Below, piece after piece: positions 29,122 through 41,345 of a stretch of DNA of 64,000 nucleotides. The stretch spans positions 36,208,001 to 36,272,000 of the forward strand of contig OZ024742.1 in the NCBI GenBank assembly GCA_964016885.1, given 5' to 3'. Each line of letters begins with the position of its first letter. Positions within the stretch are counted from its first letter, which is position 1. The notes under the pieces are model-generated. The model ran no database searches and was not told the DNA's origin. It worked only from the letters and a program-made list of their open reading frames with translations. Origin of the DNA: Eledone cirrhosa (Eukaryota). The position numbers and the translations under genes were made by a program.

Positions 29122-29648
29122 TTTATATATTTTTTGAAATGTAAGCATGTATTTTCTTCCTTTTCTTGTCAAATTTTTCTCACGAGATGTTTTGCGAAAC
29201 CTCATTCAGCCATATATATAATGAATAAACAGTGTTGTCTGGTCTCAAGGCGAAGCGAGAGTATATTTGAATTCATAGCCTAATGCTGTCAACGACAGCG
29301 ATAGGCAAAAATGCCTCAGAGGACAGAGATTATTGGCCAGTTGTCGGCAGAGAGATAACTCACGTGGTCGGTAACAGAAGATGAAATGCAGAAAAGAGTC
29401 GAGGAGGACAAGGAGAAGTGTGTTGGCGCATAGAAGTGACATCTTTACCCTCATCAGCTCTCAAACCAAAATGGTTTCGCACGATTTAATTGAGAGTACT
29501 ATTTTAAAACGCTGGATCGTGCAACATAAAAAAATAAATCTTTCTGTTAGTATGATGTGAGTGTGTGAGAAAACAACAGAACAGATAGATAGGCAGACAC
29601 ATGAGAGTGGGAAGTAACGAACTAATATATATATATATATATATATAT

Positions 29649-29950
29649 ATTGTTATACTTGGGGAGGGTCATATTTGTGTAATATTGCCAGAATTAATAA
29701 CAGAACACACTCACTGTTTGGTTGGTTTTCGCTTCTCGCTTCTGTGTCTTTTATATCGGTAATCTAATTTATTCGGTCCTCAATGTTGCCATTGACTGAC
29801 CGACGGTCAAAAATAATACAGACACAATATAGACACAAACACATATATATAGTTTATCAGAAATCTTTCGTTGCACATCTGCAACATCGTCAGTGGTGCT
29901 ATTGTTTCCTCCCGTTGCATTGTATGTCTACGCCATTTTTATTTAGTCTT
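29649..29950 (-). mobile_element. Solo pLTR fragment of the PLE family at 41.6-44.5 kb, with a hammerhead at ~29851-29900
   Basis: Similar to 41646-41930. Minus strand reads CA-CTGACGA-tGTTGCAgatgTGCAAC-GAAA-GATT-TC-TG. Confidence 0.7.
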
Positions 29951-29996
29951 GTCACGATTTCATATGAAAAAAACTCGGAAAACTAATTCATCGCCG

Positions 29997-30160
<164 letters not shown>

Positions 30161-30615
30161 GGTTTTCCAAAAATAAATGTGGTATTTATAGCTCTTTTCA
30201 GGTGGTAGGAGAGGGTGGGGAGTGGGATGGGTAGAGGTCATTGGTTGATAGAAAAGGGAATTCATTAAAAGCTAATTCTTTAAAGCTATAATTTATATTT
30301 AGAGTGACAAAGGCAGAAAGGATTCTATAAGCAAGTTCAGAATGGGTGCCACTCCTTATTTTTAAGTTTCTCTTAAGCTAACAATGCCTATATTTCAGGT
30401 GTCGATAAGATCGTTGGGGGGTCGGTCATGGTTGATGGATTTAAAGAAAAGGGAAATTCTTTAAAAGCTAATTCTTTAAAGTTCTACTTAGAGTGACAAA
30501 GGCCAAGAGAATTCTATAAACCAGTTCAAAATATTGGGTGCCTATCATTATCTTCAAATTTCTCAGAAGCTATATTCCAGGTGTCGACAGACACATTCAC
30601 ATACACACACACACA

Positions 30616-30765
<150 letters not shown>

Positions 30766-32164
30766 TTCGTTTCTTCGTTTCCTATGCACTATCGACTCAG
30801 GAATAGGTTTTCCTCATACTTGTACATATATTCATTTCTTTTTATGTTTGTTTGTCTGTTTGTCAATCTGTGACTATGGTTGTCCTCGTGCGTTATCGTC
30901 TTCACTACGACGGAATGTGACGGAAAATAGAAAGAATGAAGAAGTGAGAATTTAAGAGAAAGTCAGCACACGTAAAATTAAATAGATTGCTAAAAGCCAA
31001 AGATGGAATTAAGCAATAAACATATACTGCTTCATTATTTGACGTCCCTCTCTCTCCTGCATTAAAGGAGGTACGACTAAAACAAGTGAGCGACACGCGT
31101 TCAATCAACATATAGCAATAACACACGCCTGCTTTAATATCAAAATCCGCTCTCTCCTCTATCAGCTGCAGCACATTTTGTCATACATTCTTTATATATC
31201 TTCCGTGTGTGTATATATGTCATATCTACTTCATATTTAGCACTTTTGAGGGCATCGAGTTTGTATCTTAACGCACGCTAAGTCGTGATTATAATTGGCG
31301 GCGGCGGTGACACTGTTGAGGTTTCACTGTTACCATGAATACCAACGTTATTTTTCTTAACTCAAGAAAACTTGTAGATATATGTTTGAAAGCAGAGGCA
31401 ACGGAGATGAGTTGTAGCTAGATACAGTCAACAAAATCTCCATATGGTTTAAATATACAAGTCTCCGTTATCCTAGTCTCTAAATGTTATCAGAAGCGCA
31501 CCCAGGGGTCATGACCTGGATGCAGCCTGGCCCGTTTAGAGTGTAAGAAATTAAGGACCGAAACTTGCTTGAGTGGGGTTTCTTCTTTAAAGACCCTCTG
31601 GTATCTACTTCGCCTGAGAGTTTCTTACCACTGTCTACTCCATATGTGTATCGTGTGTGTGTGTGTATACGCCACATCTTCGTATATAGCTCTGTGTGTA
31701 GGTAGTATCACCAATGGAAAGATCAATGAAAACTTAGCTCCCTTGGCCAAGGCTGACGATTGGATTCTTTCTTTTCCTTTGGTTGCTTAATGGTCTCCTT
31801 CTAGGCTTACCATTCTAACAAAACACTGTTTAAACGGTTTGTGTTTCTGCTATTGTTACCATTGCTAATGCTGCTGCTGTCGGTGTAGAACCACTTTCAG
31901 CTGCTCTCTCACTATTGGTGCAAATATATTGATGTCATCACACTTTCACATTTAATAAGTCACCTGTTCATCATATATTTGGCACTTGTACACACATCCC
32001 GCATGCATATACCACTAACTGAATCACAGGAACACATATGCACACTGACGTACACATACATTCTTTACATACATAAATGCATACATACATACACACACAC
32101 ACACATACATACATACATACATACATACATACATACATACATACATACATACATACATACATAG

Positions 32165-33900
32165 ATGGTGGCTGCCAACTCGTTTTCGAGTACGGCCACT
32201 ACTTTATATCCATGTAGGAGAACCCCTACCGATGCGCTGAACGAATGTGACTTTTTAGTCCAGCCAGCGACTTGAAAACTCTGGTACAAACACTACACTT
32301 ATGACAATTATTGACACATAGTGCTGGGCCCATGATACCATGTGATGACAAGTGCAGAGAGATCTCCAGATATAAAGCAATGCCTGTGCTGTGAAGCTTT
32401 TATAGTGAGCAAAGGCACTGCACAAAGCCAGTCCCACTCTCTTAACCAAGATGATATTTACCAAAAAGAAGAACAATTCAACATCATTGGATACCATCAG
32501 GGTTGCAGGTGTTATATCAGAGTTTTCCTTCTCCTAGAATTCTGCCTTGACAAAGGCTAAGGGGTCATCTCTCCCAGTGATTTTGGATGGCTATTGAGTC
32601 TTAAGAGCTCCCTTGCCCTTTGACAGGTTTTGTTTTTAGTCCTGCAGGATGTCCAAAGTCACCCTCCTCACCAAGAAACCTTGGTAGGGTTGCCAGTTTA
32701 GTCGCCAACGACCCGACCATGAGACAGGTTGTACTGGGATACATGTTACCAGTAGCACCAACTGGTGACCTGACATACATACATACATACATACATACAT
32801 GGTGGCTGCCAACTCGTTTTCGAGTACGGCCACTACTTTATATCCATGTAGGAGAACCCCTACCGATGCGCTGAACGAGTGTGACTTTTTAGTCCAGCCA
32901 GCGACTTGAAAACTCTGGTACAAACACTACACTTATGACAATTATTGACACATAGTGCTGGGCCCATGATACCATGTGATGACAAGTGCAGAGAGATCTC
33001 CAGATATAAAGCAATGCCTGTGCTGTGAAGCTTTTATAGTGAGCAAAGGCACTGCACAAAGCCAGTCCCACTCTCTTAACCAAGATGATATTTACCAAAA
33101 AGAAGAACAAGTCAACATCATTGGATACCATCAGGGTTGCAGGTGTTATATCAGAGTTTTCCTTCTCCTAGAATTCTGCCTTGACAAAGGCTAAGGGGTC
33201 ATCTCTCCCAGTGATTTTGGATGGCTATTGAGTCTTAAGAGCTCCCTTGCCCTTTGACAGGTTTTGTTTTTAGTCCTGCAGGATGTCCAAAGTCACCCTC
33301 CTCACCAAGAAACCTTGGTAGGGTTGCCAGTTTAGTCGCCAACGACCCGACCATGAGACAGGTTGTACTGGGATACATGTTACCAGTAGCACCAACTGGT
33401 GACCTGACATACATACATACATACATACATACATACATACATACATACATACATACATACATACATACATACATACATACATACATACATGATGATGATG
33501 GCTGCCCCCTCGTTATCGAGTATGGCCATTGCACGATATACCATCATTAATAATTATTAATTAATTCTATCACGCAATGCTTGTGCATGAAGATATTTTT
33601 TAAGGTGAGGAAAGACTGCGCACTGAGCCAATCCCACTCTCTGAGCGACAGTAGCTATAACCCGAAAAGAAGAAAAGATCAACATCATCGGTAACTACTG
33701 AGCCGCAGGTTTTATATCGGAGTTATCTCAGTTTCCTGAGTTGCTTTCGCCTAGAAGAATGCCATGACAAAGGCTAGGGGTCCTTCACTCCCAGTGGTTT
33801 AACCGCGCGGTACATGTGTATATACATATTTACACACATTTGGATGGCCGTTGACTCTTATGAGTTATTCCGCCCTTTATCAAAAACAAAACATACATAC
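32165..33900. repeat. Unclassified interspersed repeat in (CATA)n: 634-bp tandem duplication plus a related unit
   Basis: 32165-32775 is repeated at 32799-33408, with units separated by (CATA)n. Reverse-complement homologues lie at 59270-60450. Confidence 0.85.
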
Positions 33901-34361
33901 ATACATACGATAATCAAAAATTCACACCCAGGGAAATTGCCCAGCAATACCACCTTTGAGAGGAGTACTCTGACAGAATTTGCATGTCCAACTATTGATG
34001 TCTTAATCAAGACTGTGAGCATAACCCTTCTGGAGCTGACGTTTTAGTTATTTATATTCTAGGCGGCATTCCTCAAAGGTTTTGCAACTGCCATTTATAC
34101 GCTTTCTCCATTCAACCCTATTTAGAGCTATCTCCTCCCAGCTGTCTATATCAAATGCCAGGTCTTTGAGGTTGTTCTTGATGCTGTCCTTTTAACTAAT
34201 TTTCGGTTGCTGCAACTGAAAAGAAGAGATAGAAACAAAGTCCAACAGACACACGCATACACACACACACACATACACACATATACACACACACATACAC
34301 ACACACACATACACACACACATACACACATACACACATACACACACACACACATACACACA

Positions 34362-35146
34362 CGGACAACCATGTTGCTTGTTTATTTTCCTATCTATGGT
34401 TTGCTTTTATCCTTTTATGTTGTTTACTTGTCCCCCTCGCTTTACGCGAATTACTGGTCCCAATAACTTTTTTTAGTTATTGCTCGCACCAACCTGAGGT
34501 ATATGATTTTTAATGCGATGAAATACCAATGATGGTTGGAAAATCACTGACGAAGGACTATTTTTATCATATGTAACCCATGTGCAACCACGCAGTATTC
34601 TTCTTTCTTCTCATGTTTTTTTTATATATATTTACCTCGGTTGCGTTTGCCTATTTCTCTCTTACTGCTTCCCCGCTCTCTCTGTTTCTCTCACCTTCTT
34701 TCGCCCCCTTTGTCAGTTACACTTTCTCTCGACTGACCTCTTCCTCACACTTCCACTCACTCACTTTCTGTTTCTCCCCTTCTCACTTCCTCCCGTTTGG
34801 CTTGTAGTGGGTCTCTTCTTGTTTACATCTCACTCACATCGGACGGTCTGTACCTCTCTCGCTCATGAAATCCACCCAGTTTATGCTGACCGGACAACCA
34901 TGTTGCTTGTTTATTTTCCTATCTTTGGTTTGCTTTTATCCTTTTATGTTGTTTACTTGTCCCCCTCGTTTTTCACGAATTACTCGTCCCAATAACTTGT
35001 TTTAGTTATTGCTCGCACCAACCTGAGGTATATGATTTTTAATGCGATGAAATACCAATGATGGTTGGAAAATCACTGACGAAGGACTATTTTTATCATA
35101 TGTAACCCATGTGCAACCACGCAGTATTCTTCTTTCTTCTCATGTT

Positions 35147-35147
<1 letters not shown>
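34362..35147 (+). repeat. 529-bp tandem repeat (1.5 units), diverged relative of the 496-bp repeat
   Basis: cggacaaccatgttgc recurs at 34362 and 34891. Collinear similarity to the reverse complement of the 27251-28757 unit. Confidence 0.88.
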
Positions 35148-35171
<24 letters not shown>

Positions 35172-35178
<7 letters not shown>

Positions 35179-35356
35179 TAACAGATTAAAGTTAACGGGA
35201 TCTTCAGAAGATCCTGTTAAGGGTGAAAGCAGCGATTCTTTGCTTAACTTTAATCTGTTATTTTAATAAATATTTGCTCTAGGGTTCTTATATATTTGAT
35301 ATATATTTATCCTTACCGAGCCATCTTTGGATTTTAGTCTTCACATTTATTATTGT

Positions 35357-35361
<5 letters not shown>
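35172..35361 (+). mobile_element. ~190-bp (TA)n-flanked pLTR-like element with CAGAAGA hammerhead and 5' inverted tail (copies at 37202-37391 and 57603-57766)
   Basis: Near-identical copies. attaaaataacagattaaagttaa is inverted relative to ttaactttaatctgttattttaat. Confidence 0.75.
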
Positions 35362-35399
<38 letters not shown>

Positions 35400-35590
35400 T
35401 AAATCTACCATCAACGGTAGGGTCTAAACCGTATAAAGAACTCAATGTAATCCGTATGTAGATGTCGTGAAGCAAAATTTAAAACACAAACATTTTTTTA
35501 TCAACGATATAATACAATTGGATACAGAGTCAAAATAGAAATATTAAAACAATGAAATTAAACACAAAACTGTTAATTCATAGTAAAACA

Positions 35591-35728
35591 CATTATTTTA
35601 CGATCGTTTCTGGGAGGTAGTCTTCTGCATGTTCATTTAATTATTGATCTATGTAAAACATATTACAAAATATCATAGTAAGAAAAGAATACATACGTTT
35701 TCACTACCTGCCATCTTCAGAAATAATG
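35591..35728 (-). ncRNA. Type I hammerhead with an 81-nt insert in loop II
   Basis: CATTATTT-CTGAAGA-TGGCAGGTAGT-(81 nt)-ACTACCTCCCA-GAAA-CGATCG-TA-AAATAATG. Confidence 0.75.
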
Positions 35729-36822
35729 AGTTTTGTTTATTGAAGAATACAAAAACAAACATACATATGAATAAGTAAGGTTTTATAACCAGGTTGAAAT
35801 TGACCATTGTTAAGAATGGAAGGGGGCAGTATAAATCCTTAAGTTTGGTGGTAGTAGATGAATAATTAGGCCATCAGTGGATAAGGTATCAAATGTCTTT
35901 TAAGAAAAGAAATGAGAGTTTAGGCATATTGTATATAAAAGTATTGATGGTCAAAGAAGATTACGGTTGGAGGAGTTGGGAGCGTATTCGGTGTTTAAAT
36001 TCACAGTAAAAAAAATTTTTTTCAGAAAAAATGAGTTGCGCAAAGTGCTAGAAATAACAGCCGAAGTTGATGGTCGATGTTGAGAATGCGTTGACCTGGA
36101 AGGGTCAAGAGGCTAGCGACCAAAGAAATAAGCATTCTGAATAAATGTGCAGTTTTCAACGGCAAATTTACGTGGTAAATTTTTAAACCGGCAAATAGGA
36201 GAATATGGCTTAAGGCTGAAGAATCCTTGGCGAGAAACGTTATCTCTGGCGTGCGGCTATCTCTGTGAGTCGAGATATCTCTGTGAGTCGAGAATTTGTG
36301 CTGCCTACACGTGCCAATACAAGGTTAAGTTAGGTTTAAAAAATAATATTTCTAACGCGCGATAAAACGATAGTGCAAGTGTGAAAGTGACAATGATGAA
36401 AAAGAAAGGCTTCACTTAGCATAATTATTGGTGTGAACTTTTGGAAAAAAAAAAAAACTTGAACGATGAAGAAAACGATGAAAAAAAAAAGGCAATGGTT
36501 CATCGAAAATAAATGTTCCTGTTGAAATGTTTTTTAAAGAATATCAAATTTCTTTTTTTTTCTTCTTTTTTTTTGTTTTGAAAGTGTTCGTTGTAAGAAA
36601 CGAGAAACATATATATATATCGTGAAATGCGACAGTTAGTTGATGCGTGAGAGAAAAGTCTGTCTGTGCGAAAATTTCACATGTGCGTGGTGTGTTCGTT
36701 TCTTTTACTGAGTATTTTCATAGTTTGCCAATAAATTTGCTGTGTATTCGTAATGCTACTCACACAACACCAGATTCTGCTATCTTTTTCTTTTTTCGGG
36801 GTGACCACTTATGGCGATGAAC

Positions 36823-36854
36823 GGCTGCGTGTTCGTATCACGTCAGGGTTACCA
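36823..36854 (-). promoter_or_regulatory. Primer-binding site complementary to the tRNA-Trp 3' end
   Basis: Minus strand TGGTAACCCTGACGTGATACGAACACGCAGCC. The plus strand resembles the animal tRNA-Trp 3' arm ggttgcgtgttcaaatcacgtcggggtca+CCA (from memory). Confidence 0.75.
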
Positions 36855-36855
36855 A

Positions 36856-37182
36856 TATAGCGGTGTACTGGGTTGTATGAATGTAACAAAGAGACATGGT
36901 TTGGGTGTATAATATTTAATTAACAATCTAACAGTATAGTTGACATGTCAATGAAATAGATGAAAGAATGAAGCAAAGTTAGGAGTTACCGTTTTGATTG
37001 CCAAGCAAACGCGAGACGCCTGGCGAAGGCCAGGCGCCGGAAGGGCAAATGAGAGGCAGAGAACTTAAAGTTGTTAGTTTTATAGGGTTCTGACCGGAAG
37101 TTACAGAAAGGGTTCTACTTCCCGTCTAGATGTTGTTAATCTATTGGGGTTGTGAGTCACAACAAGGGAGGCCACTGCTACA
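36856..37182 (-). mobile_element. LTR (327 bp) of an LTR retrotransposon, probably Gypsy-type; no coding region or second LTR found
   Basis: Termini TGTAGCAGTG ... CACCGCTATA (imperfect inverted TG..CA), internal TATAAAA, and a PBS after 1 nt. Confidence 0.7.
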
Positions 37183-37386
37183 TATATATATATATATATA
37201 TATTAAAATAAGAGATTAAAGTTAATGGCATCTTCAGAAGATCCTGTTAAGGGTGAAAGCAGCGATTCTTTGCTTAACTTTAATATGTTATTTTAATAAA
37301 TATTTGCTCTAGGGTTCTTGTATATTTGATATATATTTATCCTTACCGAGCCATCTTTGGATTTTAGTCTTCACATTTATTATTGT

Positions 37387-37438
<52 letters not shown>

Positions 37439-37477
37439 TTGCGAGGTTTTTTATATGAAATCGTGTGTCGAAACAAA

Positions 37478-37787
37478 TATTGTTATACTTGGGGAGGGTC
37501 ATATTTGTGTAATATTGCCAGAATTAATAACAGAACACACTCACTGTTTGGTTGGTTTTCGCTTTTCGCTTCTGTGTCTTTTATATCGGTAATCTAATTT
37601 ATTCGGTCCTCAATGTTTCCATTGACTGACCGACGGTCAAAAATAATACAGATACAATATAGACACAAACACAATTGAGGACCGAATAAATTAGATTACC
37701 GATATAAAAGACACAGAAGCGAAAAGCGAAAACCAACCAAACAGTGAGTGTGTTCTGTTATTAATTCTGGCAATATTACACAAATAT
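37478..37787. repeat. Fold-back pLTR fragment (arms ~37501-37614 / 37674-37787)
   Basis: Near-perfect reverse complement. Same family as 29649-29950. Confidence 0.85.
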
Positions 37788-37869
37788 ACGAAATATGCGC
37801 GTCCCAAGACACGAATAATCATAATAATTGATTATAATAACTATAATACTTGAGACAATCAGGTAAAGT

Positions 37870-38075
<206 letters not shown>

Positions 38076-38842
38076 GCAGTCTAACCGAATAGAAAATAAA
38101 ACATTCCGAGGCATATATAATAAAATTAAATATACATATATCCTCATATCTGAGTTATATTGTATATCGGTGCGTGTGCTGTCTTTGTAGAAATGCAGCC
38201 CGGAGCTTCACTGCAGGTAATAATTACTACGATAACCAACAATAAGAAATCTAATGACAAAGAGACTCACCGAATTTGACACATAGTAGGTGACATGATT
38301 CACTAAAGGTGTTCAGGAGCCATATGGTGGTGGTAAGTCTACCACTAAAAATTAGGCCTAAAGCTTTGATGATGTTGTAGTCGAATTCTTGTGAAGATAC
38401 ATGGCTTAGTGGCTAAGATGCTGGGGTCGTAACGTCGTTAGTTCTATTTCCGCAGGAGCGGCTCATTGTGTCTTTGAGTAAGACTCTTTATTTCACTTAA
38501 CTGGAAAAAATGAATTGCGACGAGACTAATTCCAAACTGTATCGTCCCTTGCCTTTCTCTTGGTCAACATTGATAGCATAGACAGGAAAGATGTGTTTCT
38601 ATGACTGCTGGTCTTCCAAAATAATAAAACACCCTGCCCAGGATTGTGCCTCAGGAAAGCAAACCCATGGTCAATTAGCCATGGGTGCAAAGCCCATGGC
38701 TAGTCATTACCGGTGAGGACCCTTTTCCTTTCTTTAGTCGTGTTCTGAGGTGTTGAATAAGTGTTTAGAAATGATATAATCCCATGTAATAGCTGGGATT
38801 GTAGTGTTTGGAGTTTTATGCGACAATAGATAGAGTCCATTA

Positions 38843-39025
38843 TTGGCAGTATCGGTGGAGGATCGGACACCATGCTTTCCAGTATTGAGTTACGGCCCTT
38901 GCCATTCTGAGTTCAAATCCCGCCGAGGTTAACTTTGCCTTTCATCCTTACGGGGTCGATAAAATAAAGTACCAGTAATGCACTGGGGTAATAGCTGGCC
39001 TTGTGCCAAAAGTAGAAAGAATTAT
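38843..39025 (+). mobile_element. tRNA-derived SINE
   Basis: A and B boxes and core as at 15466. Confidence 0.85.
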
Positions 39026-39127
39026 TGCATGTCGAAATATTTTGATAGTTTAAAATATTACTATTTTTGTTTCGTTGTGTAGGTTGTCTCTGGCGAACGA
39101 TCTATGAGGAAACAAAGTAACTTTATA

Positions 39128-39600
39128 TTATGTTATTTCTACTTTATTAAGGGCTTCTGGCGAACTGATATAATATCTGACGAATGAAATATATTGTTTG
39201 TACACCAGTGTTGTTGTATGTTTCTGATGACCAAATATGGTACCTGTGATTGCTCTATGTATATTTGTAGAACATAGCTGTTTTTTTCTTTTGACCAAAT
39301 GTTGTACCATATGGCTGATCTAAATTTGTTTGTATATCATTGCTTCTGTTGACAAAAATGTGGTGCATGTAGTTGTTCTAAATATGTTTGAACGTCGCTT
39401 TGTTTTCTTTACTATGTCTTCTATACATTGTGAACGTTGTAGAGGTGTTACAAATAGCAACACATTCAGTTGGTATGATTTCAGTGTATTGTGATGTAGT
39501 ATGTTTGGCGTGTTGAGTGTGATGGCCGGTTGCATTGAATGTTGCAAGAAGAGAGAAGATGGATATACTAGCACATTTGTAGTATGTTGTTTTGGGAATC
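39128..39600 (-). pseudogene. Highly decayed LINE RT C-terminal fragments (two similar pieces)
   Basis: RRSNIFR..TTF..MIYKQI and NIHRAITGTIFGHQKHTTTLVYKQYI..YISSP resemble the post-RT region of I/Jockey-group LINEs. Confidence 0.45.
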
Positions 39601-40297
39601 AGGCCTATATATATGGTTGAAGACGTGATAACAACAGCAACAACAATACAATTCAAAATAAATGAGCGAGAGAGAGAGAGTGAAAGAAAGAGACACCTAA
39701 CAACAGCAACAACAGCAGCAACATTGGAACAAGGAGGTCTCTATACGACTGAACAACAACTGCTCAAATCAAAGTAAATGAGATAGAGGGTAGAAACAAG
39801 AAAGACACAGCTAACAACAGCAACATCAACAAGACACAGTTAAACAAAAGATAGAGCAAATTACACTTAAAGTATTATAAGAAAAATGGAGAGAATAACT
39901 AAAACAAACAAAAACAGAAGAAAACAACAAAAATGTCTCCTATTTCAATTATCAGTCAAGAAATAACGATAGTTTCTTCTATGGCGTCGTTTCCGGTCAG
40001 TTTATATGTCGTTGTTTCCGGTTCTGGCTAGTGTTTCATCATATTTTTATTTGTTTTCTTCCAATCTTTATATCTTTTATTTGATTGTTTGTTTCATTTT
40101 TTATTTTATTTTATTTTGTTTTCCTTCTTTCTCAGCTTCCCCTCTTTCCCGTGTCTGATTCTTCCGTTCTTTGTTGTCTTTCCTTCTTCATTTCTTCCTT
40201 CTTTCCTTTGTTTTTCTCTCCTTCTCCTCCTGTCGTATGTAGTCTAATCGAATCATATTCTTTTCTATTTTCTTACTTGAATGTTCTCCCTCCTCGC

Positions 40298-40362
<65 letters not shown>

Positions 40363-40473
40363 TCTCTCTCTTTCTTTCTCTCTCTTTCTTTCTCTCTCTT
40401 TCTTTCTCTCTCTTTCTTTCTCTTTCTTTCTTTCTCTCTCTCTTTCTTTCTTTCTCTCTCTCTCTCTCTCCCG

Positions 40474-40507
<34 letters not shown>

Positions 40508-41149
40508 GCACACACGCACACATCGCGAGCGCGCGTACACACACACGTACACACACACATACATATGTCCATTTTCTATATTATCTACTCCCTCACTTTA
40601 TTTCTTTCTATCTATGCATCAACAATCAAGCTATCTATTGATCTATCCATGCATCTATATGGCTGTTGGTCTGTCTATCTATCTAAATATCTATCTATCT
40701 TACCAACTGTCACTTCCATGCTTCCTTTCCTTTCTTCCTTGCTTCTTATGTCTTCCGATAACCAACGACATCGGTCGATCTGTTCTGTTCTATCTATCTT
40801 TCTATATTTCTATAATCCTACCATCCTACAATCCTACCAGCCTAAGATTATCATGTGATATTTTATTCATTACGTTTCTGAGAGAGGCATGATATGGTAG
40901 TGTTAGGAGGAAGAGGAATGTGTTGCGGCCATTTTGTTTCATATATTTATTTATGCACCATCATCAATTTTCCACTTTATCCATCTCACTGTTTTTGTTC
41001 TTTTTTTTTTTAATATTCACTTCTAATTCTTCTCTGTTACATCTGTCGCAGGAGAAGTGAGACAGAAAGAGAAAACGACAATGACGTGCAGACATTTGAC
41101 ACACCCTCTCTCTCTCTATATATATATCTCTATATATCTATATATATAT

Positions 41150-41267
41150 ATATAAATTAACTATGGAGATATAAAAGATACAGAAGGGAAAACCAACCAA
41201 ACAGTGAGTGTGTTCTGTTATTATTTCTGGTAATATTACAACAATATGACCCTCCCCAAGTATAACT

Positions 41268-41345
<78 letters not shown>

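Noticed and set aside
31480-31677. Possible host exon (non-repetitive 65-aa ORF)
   Set aside because: No recognisable domain and no splice support.
34489-34539. SECIS element or box C/D snoRNA reading of the K-turn hairpin
   Set aside because: The G.A tandem helix is basal rather than apical, the opposite of SECIS. There is no terminal box C..box D layout with guide regions, and the motif lies in tandem repeats.
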